Assembly (NCBI GenBank): GCA_045113315.1 | Contig: JBGUIX010000006.1 | Coordinates: 168,756 to 232,755, forward strand | DNA: 64,000 nucleotides | Origin: Bacilli bacterium | Lineage (GTDB): Bacteria > Bacillota_I > Bacilli_A > RFN20 > CAG-826 | Reading direction: 5' to 3' | Shown: piece by piece, positions 28,193 to 38,225 of the stretch | How positions within the stretch are numbered: the first letter of the stretch is position 1 | Layout: each line of letters opens with the position of its first letter | Translations under genes and position numbers: made by a program | The notes under the pieces: generated by a model | Told to the model about the DNA's origin: nothing | Databases searched by the model: none | The model's input: only the letters and a program-made list of their open reading frames with translations

Positions 28193-29328
28193 TTGGGGAA
28201 AGAAATATTTATTCTGTCAGCGATGTAAATCGCTACATAAAAGCAGTTCTCTCCCAAGATGAAAATTTGAAATTTATCTCTGTTAAAGGAGAGTTATCCA
28301 ACTTCAAAAGAGGGGCCAATGGTCACCTTTATTTTTCTTTAAAGGATAATGATTCAGTTATTAACTGTGCGATGTTTTCTACCTATGCAAATAAGATTAC
28401 TTTTGATCCGAAAGATGGAGACGAAATATTAGTGATGGCTAGTGTTGATGTCTATCCCGCCAGAGGCAGTTATCAATTAATTGTTTATGAACTTGAAAAT
28501 ATCGGCCAAGGAATGATGCTTGTTCAATTAGAGATGTTAAAAAAGCAGCTTCAAAAAGAGGGTCTGTTCGACATTTCTCGTAAAAGAGATATAAATATCT
28601 ATCCGAAAGCTATTGGTGTTATTACCGCGAAAAATGGCGCGGCTATTAGAGACATCGTCACTAATATCAAAAGAAGATATCCAATATGTGACATTTATGT
28701 CTTCCCTAGCCAAGTGCAAGGTGAAAGCGCTCCTAAAGAATTACTAAGAGCTTTTTATAAAAGCCAAGAATATGATTTGGACACTTTAATTATCGGTCGT
28801 GGCGGAGGCGCAAGTGAAGATTTAAGCGCGTTTAACGATGAAAAGCTAGTGAGAGCGATTGCTACAAGCAAAATGCCAGTTATTGCCGCTATAGGGCACG
28901 AAATTGATACCACATTAGTCGACTATGTTGCTGATAAGAGAGCATCCACACCCACAGGCGCAGCCGAGCTTGCCACTGTGGACATAAGAGAGATACAGCA
29001 GAAATTCCAATACGCTATTGAAGATATGAGAGATAGCATAAAAGAGATGCTAGAAGATTCTAAAGATGAATTATCTTCTTTAAAAGAAGAACTTAATGAA
29101 TCCATCAAAGAAAAATATGAAAATATGAAAGAGGAACTAAACGGTTATAAACAACGTTTAGAAATATTAAATCCCAAGAATGTCTTAAATCGTGGATATT
29201 CAATATCGATGAGAGAAGATGGAACGATTATTAAAAGTGTGAAAGATGTAAAAATAGGAGAAAGCATTGTTACATCTATCAGTGATGGTACTATTTATAG
29301 TAAAATAGAGGAAGCGAGGAAAAAATAA
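28189..29328 (+). CDS. xseA: Exodeoxyribonuclease VII large subunit
   Basis: N-terminal OB fold (NIYSVSDVNRYIK...GELSNFK) and the central XseA catalytic region. ATGA overlap with nusB. Confidence 0.85.
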   Translation: MIGERNIYSVSDVNRYIKAVLSQDENLKFISVKGELSNFKRGANGHLYFSLKDNDSVINCAMFSTYANKITFDPKDGDEILVMASVDVYPARGSYQLIVYELENIGQGMMLVQLEMLKKQLQKEGLFDISRKRDINIYPKAIGVITAKNGAAIRDIVTNIKRRYPICDIYVFPSQVQGESAPKELLRAFYKSQEYDLDTLIIGRGGGASEDLSAFNDEKLVRAIATSKMPVIAAIGHEIDTTLVDYVADKRASTPTGAAELATVDIREIQQKFQYAIEDMRDSIKEMLEDSKDELSSLKEELNESIKEKYENMKEELNGYKQRLEILNPKNVLNRGYSISMREDGTIIKSVKDVKIGESIVTSISDGTIYSKIEEARKK

Positions 29329-29528
29329 TGAGCGAGAAGAAAATTGATTTTGCAAAAGAGATGGAAAGATTAGAGAAGATTGTTCAAGACATTTCCTCTA
29401 AAGCATTACCTCTTGATGAAAGCCTAAAATTATATGAAGAAGGCACAAAGATTATTAAGAGCTTAGAGAAGAGCTTACAAGAAGCCCAAGAAAAAGTGGA
29501 AAAGATTATAAGTATCGAAGATAAATAA
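29328..29528 (+). CDS. xseB: Exodeoxyribonuclease VII small subunit
   Basis: 66-aa helical protein, TAATG overlap with xseA. Confidence 0.8.
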   Translation: MSEKKIDFAKEMERLEKIVQDISSKALPLDESLKLYEEGTKIIKSLEKSLQEAQEKVEKIISIEDK

Positions 29529-29567
29529 TTGAAAATAGTTATTTATTAGTACATTTTTAGTATAGAT

Positions 29568-31418
29568 ATGTCGAACAAAAAAGAATTAAAAAGAATAGAT
29601 TTAAAGACCATTAAGGACCCCGATTTCTTGAAAGAGTTATCTTATAAGGAACTTGATGTTTTAAGTGACGACATCAGAAAAGAGATTATTGATAAGGTCT
29701 CCAAAAATGGAGGACATTTAGCGGCCAACCTTGGCGTGGTCGAATCCACAATCGCCTTATGTCGTGTCTTCGATTTTAAAAAAGACAAATTAATATTTGA
29801 TGTCGGTCATCAATGCTATACATATAAGATTTTAACCGGTCGTTCTTTAGAACGTTTGAGAAAGAGTGATGGCGTTTCTGGCTTTCAAAAGATTAACGAA
29901 TCACCATATGATCATTTTGAATGTGGACATAGTTCAACCTCAATAAGCGCTGCTAAAGGTATGGCGGTAGCTAGAGATTTAAATCATGAAAACTACGATG
30001 TCATAGCTTATATCGGTGATGCTTCGATCGCTAATGGTTTAGCTTTTGAAGGTCTCAATAGCTTAGCGGATGGAAATAATAAAGTGATTATCGTTTTTAA
30101 CGATAACGATATGTCTATCACCAAACCAGTTGGTGGATTAGCCAAATCGTTTAGAAAGTTATCCAACTCAACTTTATATCGTAGAAGCAAGAACGCTTAT
30201 TCTAGATTTATGAAGAAAACAAAGTTTGGTCGCTGGGTTTTATCTTGGACTGGTTCTATTAAAAACTGGTTGAAGAGACATCTTATGTCTTTGAATATCT
30301 TCGATAATATGGGCTTAGCCTATATTGGACCGATTGATGGTCATGATATCAAATCATTAGAAAAAGCTTTGCTAAAAGCAAAAAAATACGAAAGGTCTTC
30401 AATTATCCATATAAAAACCATTAAAGGCAAAGGCTTTAAATACTCCGAAAATGATGATTCTGGCGTCTGGCACGGTGTTGGATCATTTGATAAGAATACC
30501 GGTAAGGTTAGTGAGGATCCAAGTCTTATTAGTTGGTCAGAAGTTTATGCAAAAAATGTCATTGAAGAGATGGGCTCACATAGTGAAGCGGTCTTGCTAG
30601 TGGCCGCGACAGGAGTAGGAAGCGCTTTACAAAACGCTTTTGAATTATACCCAAATCGCTGCTATGATGTCGGCATTGCCGAAGAACATGAAATGACTAT
30701 GTCAGGTGGCTTAGCCATAGCTGGAAAACACCCAATTATTTCGATTTATTCTACATTCTTACAAAGAGCGTTTGATGAACTTAGTCACGATATCGCCAGA
30801 ATGAATTTGACCGCGACCGTGCTCGTGGACCGCGCTGGTCTAGTGGGTGAAGATGGCAATACTCATCAAGGCATCTATGATGAATCGTTCTTAATGGCGA
30901 CACCAAATGTCTATGTCGCCATGGCTTCTAGACAATCAGAAGCACAAAGTCTATTAAACTTATCCCTTGAAAACAAAGGTGTTCTTGCGATTAGATTCCC
31001 TCGTTCTAAAGTTAAACCAAATAATGATAAAGAGAACCTTTCCTTTGGAAGTTGGAAGAAGGAACTCGATGGTCATAAGACGGCGATTGTTTCTGTTGGT
31101 CCAATTACTTTAGATCTCAAAGAGAAGTTAGTGGAATTAAATAAAAATGTCGCTTTATACAATGCGATATTCCAAAAGCCGATGGATGAAGAATTAATCA
31201 ATAATGAATTATTAAAATTTGATCGAATCATCATTTATGATGCTTACGCGATTGAAAATGGTTTTGCAAATACCTTAGCGGCTAAATTGATTAGCAAACA
31301 ATATAAGGGTGAAGTTATTATTAAAGCTATTCCTGATGTCTTCGTGGATACAGGTAGTATTAATGAACAACTTGACCGTTATGGATTAAGTGTTAGTCAA
31401 ATCACCGAATTATTATAA
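29568..31418 (+). CDS. dxs: 1-deoxy-D-xylulose-5-phosphate synthase
   Basis: GGHLAANLGVVE; TPP motif GDASIANG...NDN; transketolase-like C-terminal domain. Confidence 0.9.
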   Translation: MSNKKELKRIDLKTIKDPDFLKELSYKELDVLSDDIRKEIIDKVSKNGGHLAANLGVVESTIALCRVFDFKKDKLIFDVGHQCYTYKILTGRSLERLRKSDGVSGFQKINESPYDHFECGHSSTSISAAKGMAVARDLNHENYDVIAYIGDASIANGLAFEGLNSLADGNNKVIIVFNDNDMSITKPVGGLAKSFRKLSNSTLYRRSKNAYSRFMKKTKFGRWVLSWTGSIKNWLKRHLMSLNIFDNMGLAYIGPIDGHDIKSLEKALLKAKKYERSSIIHIKTIKGKGFKYSENDDSGVWHGVGSFDKNTGKVSEDPSLISWSEVYAKNVIEEMGSHSEAVLLVAATGVGSALQNAFELYPNRCYDVGIAEEHEMTMSGGLAIAGKHPIISIYSTFLQRAFDELSHDIARMNLTATVLVDRAGLVGEDGNTHQGIYDESFLMATPNVYVAMASRQSEAQSLLNLSLENKGVLAIRFPRSKVKPNNDKENLSFGSWKKELDGHKTAIVSVGPITLDLKEKLVELNKNVALYNAIFQKPMDEELINNELLKFDRIIIYDAYAIENGFANTLAAKLISKQYKGEVIIKAIPDVFVDTGSINEQLDRYGLSVSQITELL

Positions 31419-31459
31419 TTTGGTTAACATAATAAATTATTACATTATATAATAATGGT

Positions 31460-32647
31460 ATGGCAAAAGTTATCGTCCATATCGATTTAAACGCTTTCTT
31501 TGCAAGATGTGAAGAAATCCGCGATCCCTCTTTAGAAAATAAACCGGTGGCTATTGGCCATGATGGTCGAGGTGGGATCGTTTCTACTTGCTCTTATAAA
31601 GCGAGAGAGTATGGCGTCTCAAGTGCGATGCCGATGTTTAAGGCCAAAGAACTATGCCCTAACCTCATTATTAAACCAGTCGATTTTAGGTATTATGGGG
31701 CACTTTCTGATCAATTTAAGAATTTTATCCGTCGATACACAAAAAAGGTCGAAGAAGCCTCAATAGATGAGTGTTTTGCGGATTTTACTGATGTGGTAAG
31801 AGGTCAGAAAGACGTTATTGGCTTTTTTAAGAAACTTCAGAACGATTTATATAAAGAAACAAAACTTAAATGTTCTATCGGAGTGGCGACCACGAAGTTT
31901 TTAGCAAAGATGGGTAGTGATTATAAAAAGCCGATGGGATTAACGATTATTAGAAAAAAAGATATTCCTGATATTTTATATCCTTTAAAAATTGAATCGA
32001 TGTTTGGGATCGGCAAAAAAACTAGTCCTAAATTAAGAAAAATGGGTATCAACACCATAGGTGATCTAGCGAAAAGATGTGAAAAAGATGACCGCGAACT
32101 AATGGATGAGTTAGGTAAATATTATTACGTCATCAAAGATTGGGTGAGTGGCAAAGGGAGCGATGAAATCATCGTTGAGCCCGAAGATCCGAAATCAATT
32201 GGTAATTCTACGACACTGATGGAAGATACGATGAATCACGAATTGATCGCTTCCACTTTTAAGTGGTTATCTAAAGAAGTCTCTGAGAGAGCGATAAGAG
32301 AAAATAAACTCGGCTCTACGATTCAAATCGTGGTCAAGGAAAGCGATTTTAAAGTTCATAATAAATCGATAACCTTTGATAACCCCACAAATGATGCCGA
32401 TACAATTTTTAATATTGCGATGAATTTATATGATAAAAATTTCTCTAATATGATGATTAGATTAGTGGGTGTTACTTTACAAAACTTAATAAATACTAAA
32501 GATATCGCCATTCAAATGAGCTTATTCGATTATGAAAAGCACGAGGAACAAAGTTCCACAAAGCTATTAATAAATGAACTCAATAGGAAGATGAAAAAGA
32601 AGGTTTTAATTAGAGCTAGCGAGGTAGAAGATGATGGAAATAAGTGA
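31460..32647 (+). CDS. dinB: DNA polymerase IV (Y-family)
   Basis: IVHIDLNAFFA...SIDECFAD catalytic motifs. Confidence 0.85.
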   Translation: MAKVIVHIDLNAFFARCEEIRDPSLENKPVAIGHDGRGGIVSTCSYKAREYGVSSAMPMFKAKELCPNLIIKPVDFRYYGALSDQFKNFIRRYTKKVEEASIDECFADFTDVVRGQKDVIGFFKKLQNDLYKETKLKCSIGVATTKFLAKMGSDYKKPMGLTIIRKKDIPDILYPLKIESMFGIGKKTSPKLRKMGINTIGDLAKRCEKDDRELMDELGKYYYVIKDWVSGKGSDEIIVEPEDPKSIGNSTTLMEDTMNHELIASTFKWLSKEVSERAIRENKLGSTIQIVVKESDFKVHNKSITFDNPTNDADTIFNIAMNLYDKNFSNMMIRLVGVTLQNLINTKDIAIQMSLFDYEKHEEQSSTKLLINELNRKMKKKVLIRASEVEDDGNK

Positions 32648-33527
32648 CGCTGTAGAACTATTTCAACAATATCTTCTCGTAGAGAAAGGCTTGTCCAAAC
32701 AAACCGTTGATTCCTACACTAAAGATATAAAACTCTTTTTAGATATTTTTAATGGTGAAAGAAAAACCGTTGAAGATTTAAAAGGAGAAGATTTAGGGGA
32801 AATTGTTCGCTATGAACTAACGGTTCCAAAGCCACCTCATACAGTGACAACGGCGATTAGAAAATTATCGTCAGTGAAAAACTTTTTCCTCTTCTTAAAA
32901 AGAGAGGGATATTTTATAGGTGAAATACCGAATATAGAACCACCTAAAAAACCAGAATATCTTCCTAACTGCTTATCCGTGGAAGAAGTTGAAGAATTAT
33001 TGAACGCTCCTAATATTGAAAAACCTGACGGATTAAGAGATCGAGCTATGCTTGAAACTATGTATGCTTCTGGTTTACGTGTTAGTGAATTAGTTTCTTT
33101 AGAAAGAGCGAGAGTAAATCTTAATAAGGCCATCATTACTGTTTTTGGTAAAGGCAGCAAGGAAAGAAAGGTTCCTCTTGGAGATTTTGCGATAGAATAC
33201 ATCAAAAAATATATTGAAGAAGCGAGAAATAAAAACCAGGGTAAAGATTCTAAATATCTATTTTTAAATAGATATGGTAAACCGATATCTAGACAATATT
33301 TCTTTAAACAAGTGAAAAAATACGCTGCTCAAGCAGGGATTGAGGTTTCTATTTCCCCACATACATTACGGCACTGTTTTGCCACTCATCTTTTAGAAAA
33401 TGGCGCTCAGTTAAGAGCGGTTCAGGAAATGCTTGGCCATACAAATATAGCCACTACACAGATATATACGCACATATCGAGTAAGCGTATTTTGAGTGCA
33501 TATGATTTGTATATGAAGCGCAAATAA
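32631..33527 (+). CDS. xerD: Tyrosine recombinase XerD/XerC-like
   Basis: R..H..R..Y catalytic tetrad region (RHCFATHLL...LGHTNIATTQIYTHI). 17-nt overlap with dinB. Confidence 0.8.
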   Translation: MMEISDAVELFQQYLLVEKGLSKQTVDSYTKDIKLFLDIFNGERKTVEDLKGEDLGEIVRYELTVPKPPHTVTTAIRKLSSVKNFFLFLKREGYFIGEIPNIEPPKKPEYLPNCLSVEEVEELLNAPNIEKPDGLRDRAMLETMYASGLRVSELVSLERARVNLNKAIITVFGKGSKERKVPLGDFAIEYIKKYIEEARNKNQGKDSKYLFLNRYGKPISRQYFFKQVKKYAAQAGIEVSISPHTLRHCFATHLLENGAQLRAVQEMLGHTNIATTQIYTHISSKRILSAYDLYMKRK

Positions 33528-33559
33528 TGTAAAATAATGACGCTTGAAAGGAGACGTTT

Positions 33560-34780
33560 ATGTCCCATAAATATAAGAGAATTTTCGTAATCGTTGCCGA
33601 TTCTGCTGGTATCGGTGCGGAGCCGGATGCAGATCGCTTTTTTAATGCTGGTCATAACGATGTTGGTAGTAACACCTTTGTCCACATTTCCGAAAAGATG
33701 CCAAACGGCTTAAATATTCCAGTGATGAACTCCTGGGGTATCAATGATTTAGATAACAATATTAAAGGCACCTCAAAAGTATCTCACCCTAATGCTTATG
33801 TCGCTAGATGTAGAGAAAAGAGTAACGGTAAAGATACGATGACAGGCCACTGGGAAATGATGGGTGTATATACCACAAAGCCATTTCAAACCTTTACCGA
33901 TAATGGTTTCCCAAAAGAATTAATTGATGAATTAGAACAAAAAACTGGTCATAAAGTGATTGGTAATTATGCTTCTAGCGGAACTGAAATCTTAGTGAAA
34001 TTAGGTGAAGAACAAAAAAGAGACAATTCTTTGATTGTCTATACGTCCGCTGATAGTGTCTTACAAATCGCTGCTCACGAAGAAACAACGCCAGTTCCAG
34101 AATTATATCGTTGCTGTGAAATTGCTAGAGAAATCTGCATGAAACCAGAATGGATGGTGGGAAGAGTTATCGCTCGTCCGTTCGTTGGTGAAAACGCTAG
34201 TAACTTCAAACGTGTTACCGCACATAGACATGACTTAGCTTTAAAACCTCCAGTTGAAACTGTGATGAATATCATGCAAAAAGAAGGATACATGGTTGAC
34301 TGTGTTGGCAAAATCGGTGATATCTTCGATGGTTATGGTGTAGTTAAAACGCAAAAGACATCTTCTAACGAAGATGGTATGGATAAAACCATCGCTGAAG
34401 CAAGAGACTTCGATTTCGAAGGTATGTGCTTCGTTAATCTAGTGGAATTCGATAGTGAATATGGACATAGAAGAAATCCTGTTGGTTACGGTGAGTGTTT
34501 AGAAGCTTTCGATAAACGTTTAGCGGAATTAATGACTGTCTTAAAAGATGATGATTTAGTTATCGTGACCGCTGACCACGGAAACGATCCAACTTGGTAT
34601 GGAACGGATCATACAAGAGAAAAGGTTCCTCTTCTTATGTTTTCCAAATCAATTAAGAAAGGTCGTTATTTAGACGAAAGAGCCTCCTTCGGTGATATCG
34701 GTGCGACCATCTTAAGAAACTTCGGAATTAAGAAACCTGATTATTTATTAGGTGAACCAATCGAAGAATTGTTCGAATAA
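33560..34780 (+). CDS. deoB: Phosphopentomutase
   Basis: Alkaline-phosphatase-like metal-binding motifs (VIVADSAGIG; TADHGNDP). Confidence 0.9.
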   Translation: MSHKYKRIFVIVADSAGIGAEPDADRFFNAGHNDVGSNTFVHISEKMPNGLNIPVMNSWGINDLDNNIKGTSKVSHPNAYVARCREKSNGKDTMTGHWEMMGVYTTKPFQTFTDNGFPKELIDELEQKTGHKVIGNYASSGTEILVKLGEEQKRDNSLIVYTSADSVLQIAAHEETTPVPELYRCCEIAREICMKPEWMVGRVIARPFVGENASNFKRVTAHRHDLALKPPVETVMNIMQKEGYMVDCVGKIGDIFDGYGVVKTQKTSSNEDGMDKTIAEARDFDFEGMCFVNLVEFDSEYGHRRNPVGYGECLEAFDKRLAELMTVLKDDDLVIVTADHGNDPTWYGTDHTREKVPLLMFSKSIKKGRYLDERASFGDIGATILRNFGIKKPDYLLGEPIEELFE

Positions 34781-34800
34781 AATTATTTATATAATAAATA

Positions 34801-34824
34801 AAAGTTGCTTCGGCAACTTTTTTT
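34801..34824 (+). terminator. Rho-independent terminator after deoB
   Basis: AAAGTTGC-TTCG-GCAACTTT + TTTT, running directly into motif copy B. Confidence 0.75.
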
Positions 34825-34874
34825 GAACATTTCGGCTTTTTCACCCCCTATTTGTGATATAGGAGGACTTTTAA
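34820..34874 (+). promoter_or_regulatory. Conserved leader element, copy B
   Basis: TTTTTGAACATTTCGGCTTTTTCACCCCCTATTTGTGATATAGGAGGACTTTTAAATG. Confidence 0.5.
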
Positions 34875-35435
34875 ATGGAAAAGTTTAAAGCAGAAAGAAA
34901 CTATAGCTACGATTATGGCAGTAAAGTAGCAATAAAGCAGTCAGGAATGAGAGAACAATTAGACTGGATAAAAAGGCAATTAGAATACGTTTCTTTTTCA
35001 GAACAGTATTATCTAAGATACGATTTAAAGAAAGGTGAGATTTACGAATTTGATTGGGGGATTAATGTTAACGCTGAATTCTCGAATAGACATTATGGAG
35101 TCGTTTTAGTGGATTCGGATGTCTTTAATCCCTTAGTAACTGTCTGCCCTTTAAAGACGAATCATGGATCATGTAACAAGAAAAGTGATGTAGATCTAGG
35201 AAATGTTGAATGCTTACGAACAAATAAACATACAATAGCAGTCATCAATCAAATAAGAACGATAGACAAGTTAAGGCTATACATGAAACGGGCTATTGGT
35301 TTAGCAGATTCAAACCCAATTTTTGAGAAAACTGAAAGTGAAAAACGAACGATAAATAGGTTAGAAGATGATAAGCTAAATATGATCATTGATGCCTATA
35401 AAGACTACCTTTCTGGAAATTCCGAAAATGGATAA
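34875..35435 (+). CDS. MazF/PemK/EndoA-fold protein with about 50-aa N- and C-terminal extensions; no adjacent antitoxin
   Basis: Core KKGEIYEFDWGINVNAEFSNRHYGVVLVDSD...PLVTVCPLKT...TIAVINQIRTIDKLRL parallels B. subtilis EndoA ([27 protein letters not shown]...ILLEQIRTIDKQRL). Confidence 0.7.
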   Translation: MEKFKAERNYSYDYGSKVAIKQSGMREQLDWIKRQLEYVSFSEQYYLRYDLKKGEIYEFDWGINVNAEFSNRHYGVVLVDSDVFNPLVTVCPLKTNHGSCNKKSDVDLGNVECLRTNKHTIAVINQIRTIDKLRLYMKRAIGLADSNPIFEKTESEKRTINRLEDDKLNMIIDAYKDYLSGNSENG

Positions 35436-35656
35436 GAGCGATGCATTAGTAGCAAATTAGTAGTTATTTTGGTAAATAGCCTATAAAAATTTGTGTGGAA
35501 AAGTACCCAAATTCAATGTGGGAATTTTAAAAACCGCAAGATACAAAATATAGAAAAATACGATATTATCTAATAAAAATATAAATAAGTTAACATAATA
35601 GAAATTATGCGAAGTAGGTATTTTATAGCGTTTTTCCTCTATTATTGTGTGGATAA

Positions 35657-35680
35657 CAAAAAAAGCACCTTTCGATGCTA
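35657..35680 (-). terminator. Rho-independent terminator for the yqe operon (minus strand)
   Basis: A7-AGCACC-TTTC-GATGCT on the plus strand, which is hairpin + U7 on the minus strand, 23 nt after the nadD-yqeK stop. Confidence 0.5.
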
Positions 35681-35702
35681 TTTATGTGATTCTGCTATTT
35701 TA

Positions 35703-36785
35703 TTATAAATATTGTTTAAAGCATTTAGAGGTTAACTCATTTTCTATCGATTTATTATGATTTAATAGGAATTCTTTGTTAGCTTTTAAAACAATTTTGA
35801 ATCCTTCCTCGGCATTGTTTTTCATTGCGGTTATTAAATCTGATGAGTCGAATCCTCTTGTTGGCTCGATTTTATCTGCTGCATAAATAATCTTGCCCAT
35901 TAATATCATGTTTGAATTGCCTGTAGCGTGAAATTCAATAGCTTCAAGCATATCTTTATCATCAACTTCAAACATTTTATTGGCTAAATATGCTCCTGCA
36001 AATTGATGATATGCGAATTTTGGTAAATCCTTATATTCACTAAAATGTTCGCAAACGATTTTGTATTGTTCTTCTAAAGGTATGTCTTTACCTAAATCAT
36101 GTAACAATCCAGCAAAATAATATTTTAGTGGTTTATCTAAATTATTTGAAACGGCTATCTCGTATGCTAATTTTGCGACGCTTTTAACATGTGATAGTCT
36201 ATGAGGGGTCAATATTCTGTTTAGCTCCACCATACCTGAATACAAATTATTTTCTACTATGTAGAAAAGAACCTCATCGGGTAATTCTAGACTCTTTAAT
36301 TCTCTAATTTTTGTGGACGAAACATCATAGTCATCTCCTAAAATAGGCATCATTTGATATTTTTTGACGTTTTCGTCATTAATCTGATGTCCCGGTCTTT
36401 TATAGAAGATGATTTTTGCGAGTTTTGATAATTCTTCCGCTTCTTTCCATCTATGAAATTCGTTCACTTGATCCGCACCGATAAGGTAAAAGATGTTATC
36501 CTTTGGATATTTTTCCTTCATATAGCGGATTGTATCGATGGAATAATTGATTTCTTTACTACTATTAAGTTCATAATCATCAATATGAAAATGTTTATGA
36601 CCCTTAATAGCGAGTTCTAACATTTTGATTTTATCTTCTCTAGGAGCGGAAGAATCTTTCCATACGGAAATACGTGCCGGAAGGAAAAATACGTCTCCAT
36701 CGAGCGCTTTTGCGGCTTTTTCGGCCATGTTGATATGACCGTTATGGACCGGATCGAATGCTCCACCGAAAATAATTCTATTCAT
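35703..36785 (-). CDS. nadD: Fused nicotinate-nucleotide adenylyltransferase NadD + HD-domain YqeK
   Basis: N-terminal half GGAFDPVHNGH (nucleotidyltransferase HxGH). C-terminal half an HD domain (LSHVKSV...LLHDLGK). Single 360-aa ORF. Confidence 0.8.
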   Translation of the reverse strand: MNRIIFGGAFDPVHNGHINMAEKAAKALDGDVFFLPARISVWKDSSAPREDKIKMLELAIKGHKHFHIDDYELNSSKEINYSIDTIRYMKEKYPKDNIFYLIGADQVNEFHRWKEAEELSKLAKIIFYKRPGHQINDENVKKYQMMPILGDDYDVSSTKIRELKSLELPDEVLFYIVENNLYSGMVELNRILTPHRLSHVKSVAKLAYEIAVSNNLDKPLKYYFAGLLHDLGKDIPLEEQYKIVCEHFSEYKDLPKFAYHQFAGAYLANKMFEVDDKDMLEAIEFHATGNSNMILMGKIIYAADKIEPTRGFDSSDLITAMKNNAEEGFKIVLKANKEFLLNHNKSIENELTSKCFKQYL

Positions 36786-36787
36786 TT

Positions 36788-37081
36788 TTACTTTTTGAAA
36801 TTAAACTTGTGGTTGTCTTTGTTGAAACGATATAAAACAATTACCCTTCCCACTACTTGGATAATTTCTGCATTTAACTGGCTGGATAAATCTAAAGCTA
36901 GTTTCATCACTGGAACAGCAACTGATTTCATGACATCGATTTTAATCAGTTCACGAGCAGTTAAAGCTTTATCAAGCATCGCTAAAACAGTATCACTAAT
37001 CTCATTTTTACCGATTTGATACTTTGTATCAAGTGTAGAAGCAATGCTTTTTAATTGTCTTTTTTGATCTGAAGTTAGCAT
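36788..37081 (-). CDS. yhbY: YhbY/CRS1-family RNA-binding protein (YqeI)
   Basis: LTSDQKRQLKS...GKNEISD...IKIDVMKS pattern; operon position. Confidence 0.7.
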   Translation of the reverse strand: MLTSDQKRQLKSIASTLDTKYQIGKNEISDTVLAMLDKALTARELIKIDVMKSVAVPVMKLALDLSSQLNAEIIQVVGRVIVLYRFNKDNHKFNFKK

Positions 37082-37082
37082 A

Positions 37083-38225
37083 TTATCTTAATTTTCCTAA
37101 AGATTCTTTAATAGCTGCACCCTTTGGGAACATGACACGGATGACTTGTCCCTTAGCAACAAAGGAAATCCAGCCTAAACCCTCGATAGCGATATCGTGA
37201 ACTTGGCCGTCATTTTCCATGGTATATTCGAAGAAGTCATAATCACGGAATGAGGTAATTCTTTCACTAACAGGTCTTAAAGATCTCTTTCTATTATTTT
37301 CTTCAATGAAGTCATCCACTTTAGCGGAGGATAACTTTTTAATCTCTACGCCTTCTGCACAATATAATTTGATGGCGGTGGCTCTACCAGAATACATTTC
37401 AAAATATCCTAAGGAGCCTAAAGCAATAGCATCACCTTTGGTGATTGTGCGGTAATGTGTTTCAATCTTTCTTCTTGGAGTAATAAGTTTTTGTACTTCT
37501 TTCTCCACTTTACCCATGACTGATGTCGCAAGTGAGAATCCAGGTAATTCATAAATGAAGGATGAATTTGTTAATGGGATGCTCATGACTTTGACATTTG
37601 TGCCACGATAGTTCTCAGTTTTAATTTGCCATTTTGTTTTATTTATATAATGTTTTAAGAATTTGTTGATTAATGATGTTTTGCCGGAATTCAAAGAACC
37701 GATCATATAAATATCATGGGCTTTTCTTGCTGCATCATATTTCTTCATCAATTCTTTAACATCGACATCATCTTCATTTCCGAGAACAGTTATAGATTCT
37801 GGTTTAATACCACATTCAGTAAATCTTTCTCTTAAGAAACGTTCTAATGTTTCATCTTTGATTAAGTTAGAGAATAAATCTCTATGAGTGCCGATAACAC
37901 CAACTTGAAGTTTCTTAACTTTCTTCACAACATCAGGATTTAATGTTCCATTAAATGTGAATAAGTCGACAACCCAAATGATATAAGCGTCTGTTGCAAC
38001 CGCATCATCAAGAATCTTTGTGGTGGCTTTATCGATGTTTTGCTCCAAAGCGCCAGTGTTAATAACTTTCATGAAATCAAAGCATTTTTGACAATACAAA
38101 ACTTGTTGACCGTCATTATAGTTATCTAATAGGTCCTTTTGGATATAACCTTTTTCTTTTGGCTTTGAGCTTTGTAATACTGCTCCGCAGTTATAACAAC
38201 GCATCACTCTTCTAATCTTTCCCAT
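37083..38225 (-). CDS. yqeH: Ribosome-assembly GTPase YqeH
   Basis: N-terminal Zn ribbon CYNCG...CQKC, circularly permuted GTPase motifs (GSLNSGKTSLIN). Confidence 0.85.
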   Translation of the reverse strand: MGKIRRVMRCYNCGAVLQSSKPKEKGYIQKDLLDNYNDGQQVLYCQKCFDFMKVINTGALEQNIDKATTKILDDAVATDAYIIWVVDLFTFNGTLNPDVVKKVKKLQVGVIGTHRDLFSNLIKDETLERFLRERFTECGIKPESITVLGNEDDVDVKELMKKYDAARKAHDIYMIGSLNSGKTSLINKFLKHYINKTKWQIKTENYRGTNVKVMSIPLTNSSFIYELPGFSLATSVMGKVEKEVQKLITPRRKIETHYRTITKGDAIALGSLGYFEMYSGRATAIKLYCAEGVEIKKLSSAKVDDFIEENNRKRSLRPVSERITSFRDYDFFEYTMENDGQVHDIAIEGLGWISFVAKGQVIRVMFPKGAAIKESLGKLR

